This document shows, piece after piece, positions 51,757 through 62,909 of a DNA stretch of 64,000 nt. The stretch lies in sequence record NC_042098.1; one strand, written 5' to 3'. The notes under the pieces are model-generated. The model was not told the DNA's origin and did no database searches. It saw only the letters and a list, made by a program, of their open reading frames with translations. How positions within the stretch are numbered: the stretch's first letter is position 1; every line of letters begins with the position of its first letter. A program made the translations under genes and the position numbers.

Positions 51757-54706
51757 TTAAGCTTGACTTCGCTGAGGTATGTTTCAGGAAGGTGATGGAG
51801 ATGTCTTCTTTCACCGTTAAGGTTTCATCCGACGCCACATCTACCCGTTTCTTGATGGCACACCGCATGGTGTCATCTAATGCGGTCATGACTTTGATGT
51901 CACCGTTCACCCCGAGTGCTTTAAACTCGATATCAACCACATCCGACGTTCGATACGGTTTCAGCGCATCAACCAGATCTGTCAGACCAAAGGTTGCCCG
52001 GGCAATTACTGCGGCAATCGCTGGACTCACTTTCGCTGACAGGTTGTCACGCAATGAGGTGTTCTTGTAACCGTTGTCGGTCATGTAGAAGGTTACGTCA
52101 AAACCAATCGCGGCGGAGATCTGACGAGACTCTCGTGCATTGGCAATCACATCGATCAAGCCCAGGGTTTGTTTCGGTCGCAACGACACCGTGGTCTTCT
52201 CAAGCAACTGCCGCTTCACCGTGACCATGTCCTCTGTCACCCAATCAACCAGATCAGAGATCACATCGGTGATGTATGTCTTGTCCAGCGGATTACCAGT
52301 AAAGTAGTAGACACCATCCAGACCCACCACATCGATCTCACGCACCACCACACGTTCATTAAGCGGGATAGGGTTACCTTGCTCATCCGACTTAATGTCA
52401 CCCACCCGATAACGATAGATGATGTTGTTATCAGCGTCATACATGATGTCGCCTTTGGCATGCAGGATGATCGGTTGGTTGTTGCTGTCAAACACCAATT
52501 GGTTAGTGACCGCATCGCGCTGATACACTGTCTCTGCATAACGCCACGGCACATCGACATCGTACTTCTGATACTCGATGTCAGACACCACTGAACGTGA
52601 CCGCTGATACAGATAGGTCAGGGCTTTACCCATCACCACGTCGTAGGACTGTTCCGTCACCACCACGAACTGCTGATCCAGGTAGAAACTCCCCAACTTC
52701 TTATCGCTGTCGCTGTACACCACGTCGTTCGGTGATTTGGCCACCGCAATACAGTTCAGCAGGATGAAGTTCTTTTCCAGTACCGAGCGCAACTTAGATG
52801 CCGCATTACCAAACTGACCAAAGGAGGTCAGGATGATCTCATCCTCGTTAGTGATGTCGAGATTACTGTCAATGTCGAACTGCCAGACACGTTCACGGGT
52901 TGCTGTCCGACCGATCATCACGCCATTGAGGTAGCCGTAGTTGCTTTCCCCCTCCGGCATGAATAACAACTGACACGCCACATCGCTGTCTGCCAGGTCT
53001 TTGTAGTAATCACCTGAACTCGTCACCACGGTTGCTCTAAAGCCATTGGTGGTTTTGGTAAAGGTAAAACTGTCCGCCACAAGTTCAACGCCGATGGAGT
53101 TGTTCTCATAGCTGAATACCCGACCTGCCACAGAAGGACGATCCAGATCATAGACCCGAGTGGTAAACGCATCGTTATTCGCATCCAGCACCATATAGAA
53201 AGGTGAGAACATGAACACGTTGTTGTTGACCGTCAAGGCACGACTGTCTAATCCCGCGCCGTTGATCGTGGCCAGTTCCGCATCCGATACCATGTTGTAG
53301 ATACCGTTAACCAACCGGTATAAGGCGGTCGGGGTAATGGTGATGCGATTGCCGTTATCACGCACTGCGGTATTACTGACCAACTGCAACATCGATGACT
53401 GCAGGGTAATGATCCCGGTACCGGCCGGCGTGTTGATACCAGACTTGTTGGTCTGCGGATTCAGTGACCGTGTCGCATGGTAAATACGTTGCGTCACTGT
53501 GTCTTCTGATTTCAATGCCCCGTAGCCTAAATCGACCAGGGTTTGTGAGACCTGCGCTTCAGTAATCGGTAAGACCGTTTTATTGGCCGAATAGATCACC
53601 GCTTCCCGCAACGCTTCAACACTGAGACCGTTCACCCCACCGCTGACACCGCTGCTGATCGACATGGTCTTTTCATTAAAGACGGTCAATGGGGTAGAGT
53701 ACTTATCCAACACCCGATCTTCGTAATTGAAGTCACGGTAGACCGCACTGATCGAAGAAGACTGCAGCGCCAGCGTTTCGATAACCAGGTTACCTTTACT
53801 GGTGTAGACATCTGCCCGCACCTGACGACCCACTGCCAGATTGTTGGAGATGTAGATTTCCGGTAGCACAACCTTCACTGAGTCTTCTAACACCTGGGCG
53901 ACGAAGGTCAGCTTGGTGTTGTCATAGACCAGGTCATCATGGGTGACGTACGCCTCTTCCCACTCATCAGTCACATTCGCCCGTGTAAAGACACGCAGGT
54001 AATAGAACTGGTCACCTTTTAATGGATAGGTATTGCGATACCCACTCATGCTGGTAATCTGACCGTAATAAGGCTGGGCTTTGAACTGACGTAAAGGTAC
54101 TGTGATGTAGAGTAGCTCAACCCCGTTGAAGATCGCAGTCCGCCAGGTTAACTGGTTGGTTTCCACCGTCAGTAACGGACTGGGTTGCGACACATCGTAC
54201 ACCACCACAAAGCCGCCATGTTTCATCACCCGGATTTCAATCGGATACTCCAGACTGAAGGTGACGTCCATCACCGTGATTTCCGTGTTGCGTGGAATCA
54301 CCATCTTCGAGTAGATGCTGTCGATGTCATCGTTGCCACTGCTGTCGAGCTGCACTGCACGCGCCCGAATCTCATCGGCATTGAAAATGAAGTTGGTGGT
54401 GATACGTGACGGGGTACAGAAACGGTTCTTGTAATCCTCATCACTCATGTTGCGATACAGATCTTCATACGTCCGCGCCATCTTCGGGTAGTACGCCGTA
54501 TAAAGGTCTTCATGGTTTTGCATCACCGCTGAACCGGTCAGAGCAACCAGCTCAAAAGCAAACATCGCGGGGTTGGTGGCATTCATGATATCAATCGTGC
54601 CGTCCATGTTTTGGTCTAACAGATCGAGTGTGTAGTCCATCATCAACGATGGATCATTACGCAGGTCGATCATTTTCTGTTTACGTACGTCGATGCTGTC
54701 GCTCAT
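51749..54706 (-). CDS. Large virion structural protein, probable baseplate component (phiKZ gp87 position)
   Basis: 985 aa with a GAGG SD. GG.NGLS.E.LR..VI resembles baseplate-wedge proteins. Assigned mainly from synteny. Confidence 0.6.
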   Translation of the reverse strand: MSDSIDVRKQKMIDLRNDPSLMMDYTLDLLDQNMDGTIDIMNATNPAMFAFELVALTGSAVMQNHEDLYTAYYPKMARTYEDLYRNMSDEDYKNRFCTPSRITTNFIFNADEIRARAVQLDSSGNDDIDSIYSKMVIPRNTEITVMDVTFSLEYPIEIRVMKHGGFVVVYDVSQPSPLLTVETNQLTWRTAIFNGVELLYITVPLRQFKAQPYYGQITSMSGYRNTYPLKGDQFYYLRVFTRANVTDEWEEAYVTHDDLVYDNTKLTFVAQVLEDSVKVVLPEIYISNNLAVGRQVRADVYTSKGNLVIETLALQSSSISAVYRDFNYEDRVLDKYSTPLTVFNEKTMSISSGVSGGVNGLSVEALREAVIYSANKTVLPITEAQVSQTLVDLGYGALKSEDTVTQRIYHATRSLNPQTNKSGINTPAGTGIITLQSSMLQLVSNTAVRDNGNRITITPTALYRLVNGIYNMVSDAELATINGAGLDSRALTVNNNVFMFSPFYMVLDANNDAFTTRVYDLDRPSVAGRVFSYENNSIGVELVADSFTFTKTTNGFRATVVTSSGDYYKDLADSDVACQLLFMPEGESNYGYLNGVMIGRTATRERVWQFDIDSNLDITNEDEIILTSFGQFGNAASKLRSVLEKNFILLNCIAVAKSPNDVVYSDSDKKLGSFYLDQQFVVVTEQSYDVVMGKALTYLYQRSRSVVSDIEYQKYDVDVPWRYAETVYQRDAVTNQLVFDSNNQPIILHAKGDIMYDADNNIIYRYRVGDIKSDEQGNPIPLNERVVVREIDVVGLDGVYYFTGNPLDKTYITDVISDLVDWVTEDMVTVKRQLLEKTTVSLRPKQTLGLIDVIANARESRQISAAIGFDVTFYMTDNGYKNTSLRDNLSAKVSPAIAAVIARATFGLTDLVDALKPYRTSDVVDIEFKALGVNGDIKVMTALDDTMRCAIKKRVDVASDETLTVKEDISITFLKHTSAKSSLTA

Positions 54707-54715
54707 CGTAGCCTC

Positions 54716-55741
54716 TTATTTTTGATCCTTCGGAACCCACCACTGGAATTCGTTCGTCATCACGTCGATATAAGGATAACCAATAAAGTTGTAGCGCTGC
54801 ATTTCACCCGGGGAGATTTTGCGGAAGAACGTGTTACGGTTCGCGGCTTTCATCTGCGGGTTAAATAACTCGACACAACTGTTGAAATCCAGGATCAGGG
54901 ATTGCGTGTTATAGCGCCAGCCCACACACTGCCAGTTACAACTGATTTGGTTATTGTTCTTGATCAGTGGGGTGTCTTTGGTGGTGCCAAAGTCAAACGC
55001 ATTACCAATCGGGTTGGTGGTGCAGATTGCTGCGTAGGGTGCACCGATCTTTGTCACATAGCGTGAAGTCTGATCCAGAATGATGCGATAGAAGCGCATG
55101 GTGTAATCAATATAGTTGTTAACAATGGCGTCCCAATAGGGAACCATGTCACCAAGGTATACCGATGAGCTGTACGTTTGCAGCAGATCCAGGATCATGG
55201 TGATCGGGTCACCTGAGATGTTGGTGTGCGTTGACGTCACCTGATAGGCTTCATTAAACTCCGACTGACCATCAACCATCGACCAGGTTTCTTTACGTGA
55301 ACCTGGTGGTGCCGTAAAGGTATCGATCACGATATCGGGAAAACCGGTCATCGATTCCAGGGTGTTTGATAAAATGGACACGAAGGCCTGTTGGTTATCA
55401 AACAGTCTGGAGTAGCTTTTTCGATCAATTGTACCGGTCGCATCAAACATCGAACGGATCGCACCTGGGATCGTATCAGCGTTGTTTGAAGCAAGCGAAA
55501 GCAGCTTTTCTTGTCGATTCAGATTATCGTATGACAGGTTAAGGATTGGGCGTGTGAAAAAGGTATACCCCATGACGTCTTTGTTGATGGGTAGAAAGGC
55601 GCTACGGTTACTGAATTTGTTCAAACCCCAATAGTTATGCGCAAGCGATGAGGTTACACTACCATACCCGGACTCCCTTGCAGCCGAGTCAATACTCTCG
55701 GTCCACAACCCAGGATTGTAGTCGTCATTGTCATTGGCCAT
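54716..55741 (-). CDS. Virion structural protein, probable tail-tube/baseplate-hub-like (phiKZ gp88 position)
   Basis: G.TFFTRP.LNL motif, LSN....TGFPD and beta-rich composition. Synteny. Confidence 0.55.
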   Translation of the reverse strand: MANDNDDYNPGLWTESIDSAARESGYGSVTSSLAHNYWGLNKFSNRSAFLPINKDVMGYTFFTRPILNLSYDNLNRQEKLLSLASNNADTIPGAIRSMFDATGTIDRKSYSRLFDNQQAFVSILSNTLESMTGFPDIVIDTFTAPPGSRKETWSMVDGQSEFNEAYQVTSTHTNISGDPITMILDLLQTYSSSVYLGDMVPYWDAIVNNYIDYTMRFYRIILDQTSRYVTKIGAPYAAICTTNPIGNAFDFGTTKDTPLIKNNNQISCNWQCVGWRYNTQSLILDFNSCVELFNPQMKAANRNTFFRKISPGEMQRYNFIGYPYIDVMTNEFQWWVPKDQK

Positions 55742-55794
55742 TACTCATCACCTCTTTGAAATAGAATATCCGTTGAATCCATAGGAGTACTTTT

Positions 55795-56961
55795 ATGTTA
55801 CCATTAGTTACGGGGGCGATTACACTGGCCAGTTCGCTTGCGCTTGTCGCCGAACGTATTCTGGCAGCCAAGAAAGCTGCTGGTGAAGTCGCTGGTACTG
55901 TTGACAATACGTTGGCCACGTTAGGCCAGATGGGCACACGTGATTTGGTAACCTTTACCAAAGTGACCCGCATGGAGCCTCTGGTGTTGTTAGATGATCG
56001 TTTGAAGTTTGATCCTTCGACCCCGGAGATCCTGCAAGTACTGACCAGTTTGATTGCCGGCTACTATACCCAGGCGTTTGCCCTGCTGGGCCAGGTCGAC
56101 GGTATTGACGTCATTGGCACCCTGGATAAGCTGAACCCGTCACGTACTGGTATTGGTCTGAACAACTTTGAAGGTGATCTTGAGAAAGACGGCCTCCATA
56201 AATTTAGTAACCAGTCAAATACCCCTCTCTATAGTATCGGGCTGGAAGCACTGACTGAAGTGCAGAGCGCCGAGAACAAGCCGGTTAAAATCCAGACCGA
56301 TAAAAATGTCGTGGCTGATATTTCGGCACCGACTAACCTGGCGCTGGGCAAGATGATCAAGGTGACCTTGTCAGCTAATGGCAATACCATCGAGATCCCA
56401 ATCACCATCCGTGTGAAACCTGTCACCACCGGTAGCGATGCCGTTACGGCGATTCTGGCTATCGGTACCACGAAGAACACCGTGGCTGAGCGCTGGAACC
56501 GTTTCAAAGCTGGTGAGCTGACCTTCACTAACCTGGCCACCGGTGATGACGTGATTCGTCAACACAAGAAGATCCTGGTGCAGGATACCTCTGGCTTCTA
56601 TGCCGAGATCACCCGCCGTGCCCGTGGTAATGCGAAGAAAGGTGCCCTGTCCGGTAACCTGTCGCTGGCTACGGATTCGAACGTGGTAATGATCTCTTCA
56701 GCCACGGCGCTGGATGTGGGTCGTGAGCTTGGTGGTGAGTTGTCTAACTTCCGTATCCGTGAAGCGATGTTCGCCAAGGTGTACTCTAACATGCTGATCA
56801 TCGTGGATGACCTGCGTGGCATGGTCTCCTTCTACTACCGCGGTGAGTCATTACCAAACGTGCTGTCGCTGCAGGATATCAAACTGTATAACAAAGGCAG
56901 CGGCCCAGACATCATGTCGATCTTCAGTGCGTTTGCTGAAAACAAAATCCCTTCCCTTTAA
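55795..56961 (+). CDS. Virion head protein (phiKZ gp89 position)
   Basis: AGGAG SD; internal IGLE maturation-type site; synteny. Confidence 0.6.
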   Translation: MLPLVTGAITLASSLALVAERILAAKKAAGEVAGTVDNTLATLGQMGTRDLVTFTKVTRMEPLVLLDDRLKFDPSTPEILQVLTSLIAGYYTQAFALLGQVDGIDVIGTLDKLNPSRTGIGLNNFEGDLEKDGLHKFSNQSNTPLYSIGLEALTEVQSAENKPVKIQTDKNVVADISAPTNLALGKMIKVTLSANGNTIEIPITIRVKPVTTGSDAVTAILAIGTTKNTVAERWNRFKAGELTFTNLATGDDVIRQHKKILVQDTSGFYAEITRRARGNAKKGALSGNLSLATDSNVVMISSATALDVGRELGGELSNFRIREAMFAKVYSNMLIIVDDLRGMVSFYYRGESLPNVLSLQDIKLYNKGSGPDIMSIFSAFAENKIPSL

Positions 56962-56973
56962 GGATCTCGTTCG

Positions 56974-57867
56974 ATGAACATTTTTAACTACGTCAAAGGC
57001 CTGATTGGTACGGTTGACAAACGCGATGTCCTAAGCGAGATCGATGCCCTGCGTGATGAGCTCACCCGGTTCACCATTAACAACTATGCGAAAGCCATGG
57101 ATGTTAATGTCAACACCGACGGCAGTAATTACTACGTAAAACAGATCAGTCGTGAATTCGCGAAAGTGAAACAGGTTGAAGGTTTACGTGGTCAGAACCT
57201 GATCGCTCAAACGTACATCTCCTTAAAGCAGCTAACCCTGACCCTGGAGTGGATGCGCAAACAGGTTGAGCGTGAGTACGGCGGTCGTATTGCCCGTGAA
57301 GCTGTTGACTTTAAACAAGCCAACTTCCTGCGTTATATCGACTCGATCGACTTCTACCTGCGTTACGCTCGCTCCATGCTGCTCGTGGTGACGTCCCTGA
57401 ATGCTAACCCATCAGCGGATATCACCAAAGGCTTCACGGTGCATGAGATCCGCTTCCTGACCGATACTGCTGTACACTTCATCTACCTGACCTCGCTGTT
57501 CTCACAGCCGGTGAGTGTGACTGAGAAAGTGTTCGATGCGGTGCCATCAGTGGTGGTCTCCGATGCCGACCAGCAAGCGATCGAAGCGGTACTGGGTAAC
57601 AAGACCGATGTGGCGAGGTCTAACTTCATCCCACTGGGCTACAACCCGTTCTTCCTGATTGGTCGTCTGCGTGCTGAACGTCGTGTGAAACGCCTGCGGG
57701 CAGCTGAAGCGGCAGCCATTGCCACTGAACTGACCTTGAGCAAGCTCATGGACAAACAAGCAGGCGGGACAGAAGACCCCACCATTCAGAAACAAATTGA
57801 TCATTATCAGAATCAGTTGAACCGACTGAACTTTGAGATCGATCAGATCAAATCCGAAGTCGAGTAA
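56974..57867 (+). CDS. Virion head/inner-body protein (phiKZ gp90 position)
   Basis: AAGGA SD; 297 aa with a C-terminal coiled coil; synteny. Confidence 0.6.
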   Translation: MNIFNYVKGLIGTVDKRDVLSEIDALRDELTRFTINNYAKAMDVNVNTDGSNYYVKQISREFAKVKQVEGLRGQNLIAQTYISLKQLTLTLEWMRKQVEREYGGRIAREAVDFKQANFLRYIDSIDFYLRYARSMLLVVTSLNANPSADITKGFTVHEIRFLTDTAVHFIYLTSLFSQPVSVTEKVFDAVPSVVVSDADQQAIEAVLGNKTDVARSNFIPLGYNPFFLIGRLRAERRVKRLRAAEAAAIATELTLSKLMDKQAGGTEDPTIQKQIDHYQNQLNRLNFEIDQIKSEVE

Positions 57868-57877
57868 GGAGTCCGTC

Positions 57878-58417
57878 ATGGCAGATCGTGTTAGTACTGG
57901 TGCAGAGATTATCTACGGCACCGGCTTTACCTCCCATGGCGGCCCAGGACAGCAAGGCGTAAAGATCAACGTCGACAACAACGTCATTGATCTTTACCAG
58001 CGTTTGGCAGGCAACATCACGCTCGCCGGTAACTTTAACTTCCGAAAAGAAGTGTGTGTTACTGCTGCACGACTGTTACTGCCATTGCCAAACTGGCTCC
58101 TGGCCACCCGTAGTAATTACCTGCACTCCAAACACGCGCTGTTGTTCGCCCGTGACCTGGGGTTGATTGCGATGGGTAAGAGTCCGGACATGAGTGTGAT
58201 GACGCGCATGCGTCTGTTTTCACCCAGTTCTGTGAAGTCCAACCCGGGTGAGCTGAATGCGTCGAATTACGATGCACTCTCGTTGATCCCTAATAAGTTC
58301 ATTGATGAGCTGCGTACCTATTCCAATGGTGCACAGCTGGCTAACCTGACCCGCGACGCACAGCATGTGAAAGACCTGGTCACGTCATTATATGTCATGT
58401 TTGGTTCTGTTGAATAA
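57878..58417 (+). CDS. Putative virion protein
   Basis: AAGGAG SD before the ATG at 57878. Confidence 0.7.
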   Translation: MADRVSTGAEIIYGTGFTSHGGPGQQGVKINVDNNVIDLYQRLAGNITLAGNFNFRKEVCVTAARLLLPLPNWLLATRSNYLHSKHALLFARDLGLIAMGKSPDMSVMTRMRLFSPSSVKSNPGELNASNYDALSLIPNKFIDELRTYSNGAQLANLTRDAQHVKDLVTSLYVMFGSVE

Positions 58418-58454
58418 CAGGCCTCAAAATCGGAATGTAGAGGATACGTAAAAA

Positions 58455-60044
58455 ATGAGTAAAGCATACCTCCATACCCTGCTGACTGCAGGTAATGAAG
58501 CGTTTGATGCAGCCGGCGAACCAGTGGGTGTGACTGTGGTTGATGCCCCGATCGAAGTGCCTGTTGTTGCAGACCCAGCAGTTGAGCCAGAAGCCCCAGC
58601 GGTAACTGATGCGCCAGTGGTTACGCAGGACCCGGTTGAGCCTGATCCAGAACCAGCAGCGGTCGTCGTTGCCATCAACGAAGATGAGAAAGAGCTGGTC
58701 ATTGCGTCTACTGAAGCGGCTGCGGCCGAAGTGGTTGTGATCGAATCTGATTGCGCGCTGGAAGAAGTCGAAGACCTGCTGGACGACCAGATCCAGGTTG
58801 TGGCGGAAACTGAAAACATCGTCGCCTCTATGGAATCGTTCGTCGGTTCTGCGATGACCATGCAGGATGCGCAAGCCCTGCAGCAGTGGGTGCATAACGC
58901 CACCCGTGGTCAATATGACCAAGCTAAAGTTGTCGGCTCTCTGGAAGCGTTCGGTAACGACGTCTCTACCGATGATGCGCTGAACGCTGGCCTGGAAGGG
59001 ATCGGCGAGTTCCTGAAAGCTGCCCGTAATAAAGCAGCTGATCTGCGTAAAGTCATGGTTGCGCGCTGGAACGCTTTCTTCAAAGATGTGTTCGTGGGCT
59101 TTGATAAAGTTGCACGTCGTGCTGATGCGCTGGGTAAACTGGCGAAAGGTACTTCAGGCGAATCCAACTCCTCTACTATTCAGCTGCCGCTGGATACGGC
59201 CTGGCGTCTGGTGAAAGATGGTAAGGTTTCTCAGAACCTGCCGAAAGATCTGGGTGACCTGGGTAAATTTGCCAAGGCGGTCTTTAAAGACAACCCGGAA
59301 GCGCTGCTGGTGCATCGTAAGAAACTGGTTGACATCGCTGTTCGTCTGTCTACTGCTGACTATGACGACGCACTGAAGATCGGCAAAGAGCTGGTGAACT
59401 TCGAACTGCCAAGCGTTGGCGTGTGCAAAACCAAAGTGGTCAACAACTCCAACACGGTTGATGTGTATCGCTCTGATGAGTTCCTGGGTGCGCTGTCTAT
59501 TTTCTATTGCAAGCCTGTTGACAAAATCAATGCGCAGTTACCACTGCCGCGTCAGCTGTCTGACAAGTTCAACTCCATCATCGCGATCGATGTGAGCGTG
59601 TCTGAAACCGGTAAGAAAACACCGAAGCTGGATGTCTCTATTGATACTCTGCAGCCGGCTGAAATCGCCAAAGTGGCTGATGATGTTAACGCTATCCTGG
59701 GTGACATCCGTCAGTACCGCACCAACTACGGCGAGTGGTATGCGGCCAACAGCGATCTGGATCGTGTGATCGGTATCCTGGCGAACGTACCATGGTCTGG
59801 CGATGCTGGCACCACTACTGTCGACAGCACCACTGATGCCGAGGGTAATACCTCAACCATCGTGAACATCATCGGTCTGAACCGCGACCTGGCGGATGTG
59901 ATTGAAGGCATGCATGACATGTATAGCTACCTGTCTGTAAGCCCGATCCGTGTCCTGTCTGCTGAACTGCTGCCAATCCTGAACCGTGCACTGGAAGTGG
60001 GTGAGCGTTCTCTGGCAACCTACAGCGACAACAACCTGGCGTAA
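58455..60044 (+). CDS. Internal head protein paralog 1 (phiKZ gp93-97 / SPN3US gp53-54 type)
   Basis: Acidic A/V/E/P pro-region with AGNE, ASME, GSLE and AGLE sites. Confidence 0.75.
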   Translation: MSKAYLHTLLTAGNEAFDAAGEPVGVTVVDAPIEVPVVADPAVEPEAPAVTDAPVVTQDPVEPDPEPAAVVVAINEDEKELVIASTEAAAAEVVVIESDCALEEVEDLLDDQIQVVAETENIVASMESFVGSAMTMQDAQALQQWVHNATRGQYDQAKVVGSLEAFGNDVSTDDALNAGLEGIGEFLKAARNKAADLRKVMVARWNAFFKDVFVGFDKVARRADALGKLAKGTSGESNSSTIQLPLDTAWRLVKDGKVSQNLPKDLGDLGKFAKAVFKDNPEALLVHRKKLVDIAVRLSTADYDDALKIGKELVNFELPSVGVCKTKVVNNSNTVDVYRSDEFLGALSIFYCKPVDKINAQLPLPRQLSDKFNSIIAIDVSVSETGKKTPKLDVSIDTLQPAEIAKVADDVNAILGDIRQYRTNYGEWYAANSDLDRVIGILANVPWSGDAGTTTVDSTTDAEGNTSTIVNIIGLNRDLADVIEGMHDMYSYLSVSPIRVLSAELLPILNRALEVGERSLATYSDNNLA

Positions 60045-60062
60045 CCGTCATAAGGCAAAGAG

Positions 60063-61448
60063 ATGTCTTTACATCAAAAGCTCCTCTCTGCCGGGCTGGA
60101 GGCGTTTGATGCGCCTCCGGCTGCTCCGGTAGTAGCGGCAGTAGTACCTGCTCCATTTGATAACAACGCCCCGGTTAGCGAAGACCCGGAACTGATTCGT
60201 GAAGAGACTGCTGCCCGTTTAGCGCTCGTGTCGATCATCGAAGCGGAACGTGACGAAGAAGACTCGCGGTCAGCGGTTTATGAACTGCGTCGTCTGTCTG
60301 ATGGTTTGGAAGGGTTGATGGTTGAGATTCAAAACGTCAACAACCCAGAAGAACCGACTGAAGACGAAATGGCGATGTTGAAAGCCACCGCCCAGCAAGT
60401 ACGTAAAGAGCTGCTGGAAGATGGTGAGCAAGAACTCGTCATCAATGTCGAAAACGGCATTCTGGTCGGTTCACAGGAAGGTCTGGCTGATGCCCTCAGT
60501 AATGTGGCGAAGAAGATCGGTTTTGCATTAGGTAATGCAGCGAAAGGTTTACTGAGCAAAGGCGAGCAGGCGAAAGCGCCGTTGTCTTATAACCGTAAAC
60601 TGGCGGCTGAACTGAAAGCGAAAATCGATAAGCTCGGCACGACAGAATTTGACTTTACCATGCCAGCTGATCTGGTCCGTCAGATTCGTGTGAGCGATAC
60701 CGGTCCGGTTGATGCACTCAAAGCAGTAGCAGACTTCCCGGCAGCACTTGATGCCTGGTATCTGACCCCTGCTGATGCAGCAATGAACCTGTTTGAAAAA
60801 CACGCCAACATCGTGCAGGCGATTGCCGGTAGCAAGACTCTCGAAGAGTTCAACACGAACTATGCGAAACTGAGCTCACTGGCACCACCGCTACCTGCAG
60901 GCGCTAAACGCCTTGATCCGATTAACACGCGGGATTATATCTTCGATGTTAATGAACATCACCCAAGTATGGGTCGTGTGGCTCGCTACTATTATGTTGC
61001 GCGTCCGGATGTGGGTAAAACGCCTGAAGATAAAGCGCTGGATAATGTCATTGCTTTGGCGCAGTATTCGACCGGGATCTATCCGTTCGATAAGATCTCT
61101 AAACGCAAAGCAACTGATGAGCAGGTGAAGTTCAGCGCGGCTGAAGTCAAAGGCTTGCTGGATGACATGCTGAAAGCGTGTGACGTGGTTGATAAGTACC
61201 TTTCACGTCTTGCAGTCGCCAGCACAATGGATAAGCGCTACAACGCTCTGGTTGATTTACTCAATAGCGACTTGCGTAAACAAGAGTGGTGTTCCACAGA
61301 AGTCAACCGCATGGCACGCGTTGCGTTGATCTCAATGGATGCGTATTATTCATACGGGTTTGCTTATACCAGTCGTGCTTACGAGCTGATGGAGGTGATC
61401 GTCAAGTTGGTGAAGAAAGCCGTGTATAAATCTGACCTCAGTAAGTAA
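60063..61448 (+). CDS. Internal head protein paralog 2
   Basis: LLSAGLEAFD N-terminus; DGLE and GSQE sites. Confidence 0.75.
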   Translation: MSLHQKLLSAGLEAFDAPPAAPVVAAVVPAPFDNNAPVSEDPELIREETAARLALVSIIEAERDEEDSRSAVYELRRLSDGLEGLMVEIQNVNNPEEPTEDEMAMLKATAQQVRKELLEDGEQELVINVENGILVGSQEGLADALSNVAKKIGFALGNAAKGLLSKGEQAKAPLSYNRKLAAELKAKIDKLGTTEFDFTMPADLVRQIRVSDTGPVDALKAVADFPAALDAWYLTPADAAMNLFEKHANIVQAIAGSKTLEEFNTNYAKLSSLAPPLPAGAKRLDPINTRDYIFDVNEHHPSMGRVARYYYVARPDVGKTPEDKALDNVIALAQYSTGIYPFDKISKRKATDEQVKFSAAEVKGLLDDMLKACDVVDKYLSRLAVASTMDKRYNALVDLLNSDLRKQEWCSTEVNRMARVALISMDAYYSYGFAYTSRAYELMEVIVKLVKKAVYKSDLSK

Positions 61449-61459
61449 ACGGAGAAAAC

Positions 61460-62830
61460 ATGTCCGCGATTAATGACTTTCTATTTACTGCGGGCATGGA
61501 GGGGTTTAACGACCCCTCCTCTATACCGCCCGTTGGTATAGTTGTGCCCTTTTTTGGTGTTGAGGAGTTCGCCGAAGCGGATGCTGAACAATCTGTACGT
61601 ATGACAGAGATGAACCAGCAAGCCGAAGCAATTCAACGCCTGCAACAAACGCTGGTCTACATCAACGCTCACCGTCCGACCTTTGACCGTGAGAATGCTG
61701 CCGTCGTGCAGCAAGCACTGGGTGAAGTGCAGGTACTGATGCCCGACATGGAAGACCCGGTCACCATCATGGGGTCGCTGGAGCATTATACGCCGGCTTA
61801 CACCAACCACCTGCTTGCGCACGGTATTGAAGGCATTGGTGATAAGATCCTGAGCGTGGTCAAGAAGATCATCGAACTCTTGAAGAAAGGTTATGCCTTC
61901 TTGAGTAAAGCCATCCAGGCAAAGGGTGTGGTCTTCGGTAAACAGAAGCGCGAACTCGATGACCTCAATGCGTGGTTTAAAGAGCAACGCAAAAGCAACG
62001 ATAAGCCCGCTACCACCACCGGTAATGAACCTAAGGTTGTTACGGTCACTGCCCCGACCTATCTGTACACCGTCGACAGTAACAAACCGTTAGCGGCAGA
62101 TCGCTTAGCAAGCGAAGTGGCAAAGTACAATAAATTCCTGCAGGCCTTCTCGGTTGATTTCATCCGGGCGCATATTACCCTGGGTGATCTCTATATTCGT
62201 GCACTGGGTAGTCTGGATATTGCCAGCACCAGTAACGAAGAGTTGTTCACCAAGATGTTTAAGGGCCAGTTTAAATACCAGGCCTCGGGTGCATCGCTGT
62301 ACACCAAACGCAACGGCGAGATGTGTGATATCGAAACAGTTGGGTTGATTGGCGGGATTGGCTTTAAAGCCTCCATCGCGAATATCCTGGTCGCACCGCT
62401 TGAGATGACTGCAGACGGTTCTAACCAGCGTAAGTTCTTCAAGCAGATGAACGGGTTATACAACTACAGTTTTGTCTCCAAAATAAAAATGGATGGCAGT
62501 ACGGTAGGGAATACCCCAATCTATGCTTGCAGTCTCGCTGACGCTGAGCGGTTGGTGAATCAACTTGATATGTTGACCAACTGGATGATTAACAGTCAAC
62601 ACGACGAAGAGATCCGTGACTTTAATAAGCGGGTGACTGAGTGTGTGGATAAGCTGGCTGATCGTGCCGGTCGTCTGGGTAATGACCGCAGTGATTTTAT
62701 CACTACTGTGATCAACGCCTTGTCTGGTATCTCCAGTGGTCTGGAAAATGTGTCTCGTGGCATGAATCAGCAAACGAACACATTGATCAACAACTTGCGT
62801 GAGTACGTTACCAAATCCACGAAAGCGTAA
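61460..62830 (+). CDS. Internal head protein paralog 3
   Basis: LFTAGMEGFN N-terminus; GSLE and HGIE sites. Confidence 0.75.
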   Translation: MSAINDFLFTAGMEGFNDPSSIPPVGIVVPFFGVEEFAEADAEQSVRMTEMNQQAEAIQRLQQTLVYINAHRPTFDRENAAVVQQALGEVQVLMPDMEDPVTIMGSLEHYTPAYTNHLLAHGIEGIGDKILSVVKKIIELLKKGYAFLSKAIQAKGVVFGKQKRELDDLNAWFKEQRKSNDKPATTTGNEPKVVTVTAPTYLYTVDSNKPLAADRLASEVAKYNKFLQAFSVDFIRAHITLGDLYIRALGSLDIASTSNEELFTKMFKGQFKYQASGASLYTKRNGEMCDIETVGLIGGIGFKASIANILVAPLEMTADGSNQRKFFKQMNGLYNYSFVSKIKMDGSTVGNTPIYACSLADAERLVNQLDMLTNWMINSQHDEEIRDFNKRVTECVDKLADRAGRLGNDRSDFITTVINALSGISSGLENVSRGMNQQTNTLINNLREYVTKSTKA

Positions 62831-62833
62831 ATT

Positions 62834-62843
62834 ATTATATGTG
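62834..62843 (+). promoter_or_regulatory. Candidate late promoter (TATG core)
   Basis: ATTATATGTG upstream of a head-protein gene. Confidence 0.4.
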
Positions 62844-62848
62844 TTAAC

Positions 62849-62876
62849 GGCCCTGCAGGAAACGCGGGGCCTTATC
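62849..62876 (+). terminator. Hairpin followed by TTATC
   Basis: GGCCCTGC-aggaaac-GCGGGGCC-TTATC. Could instead be a 5'-leader hairpin of the next gene. Confidence 0.45.
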
Positions 62877-62878
62877 AC

Positions 62879-62909
62879 AATACGATCGTATTTAATTTCA
62901 TGAAATTAA
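62879..62909. repeat. Two abutting perfect palindromes (14 bp and 18 bp)
   Basis: AATACGATCGTATT (62879-62892) and TTAATTTCATGAAATTAA (62892-62909). Confidence 0.9.
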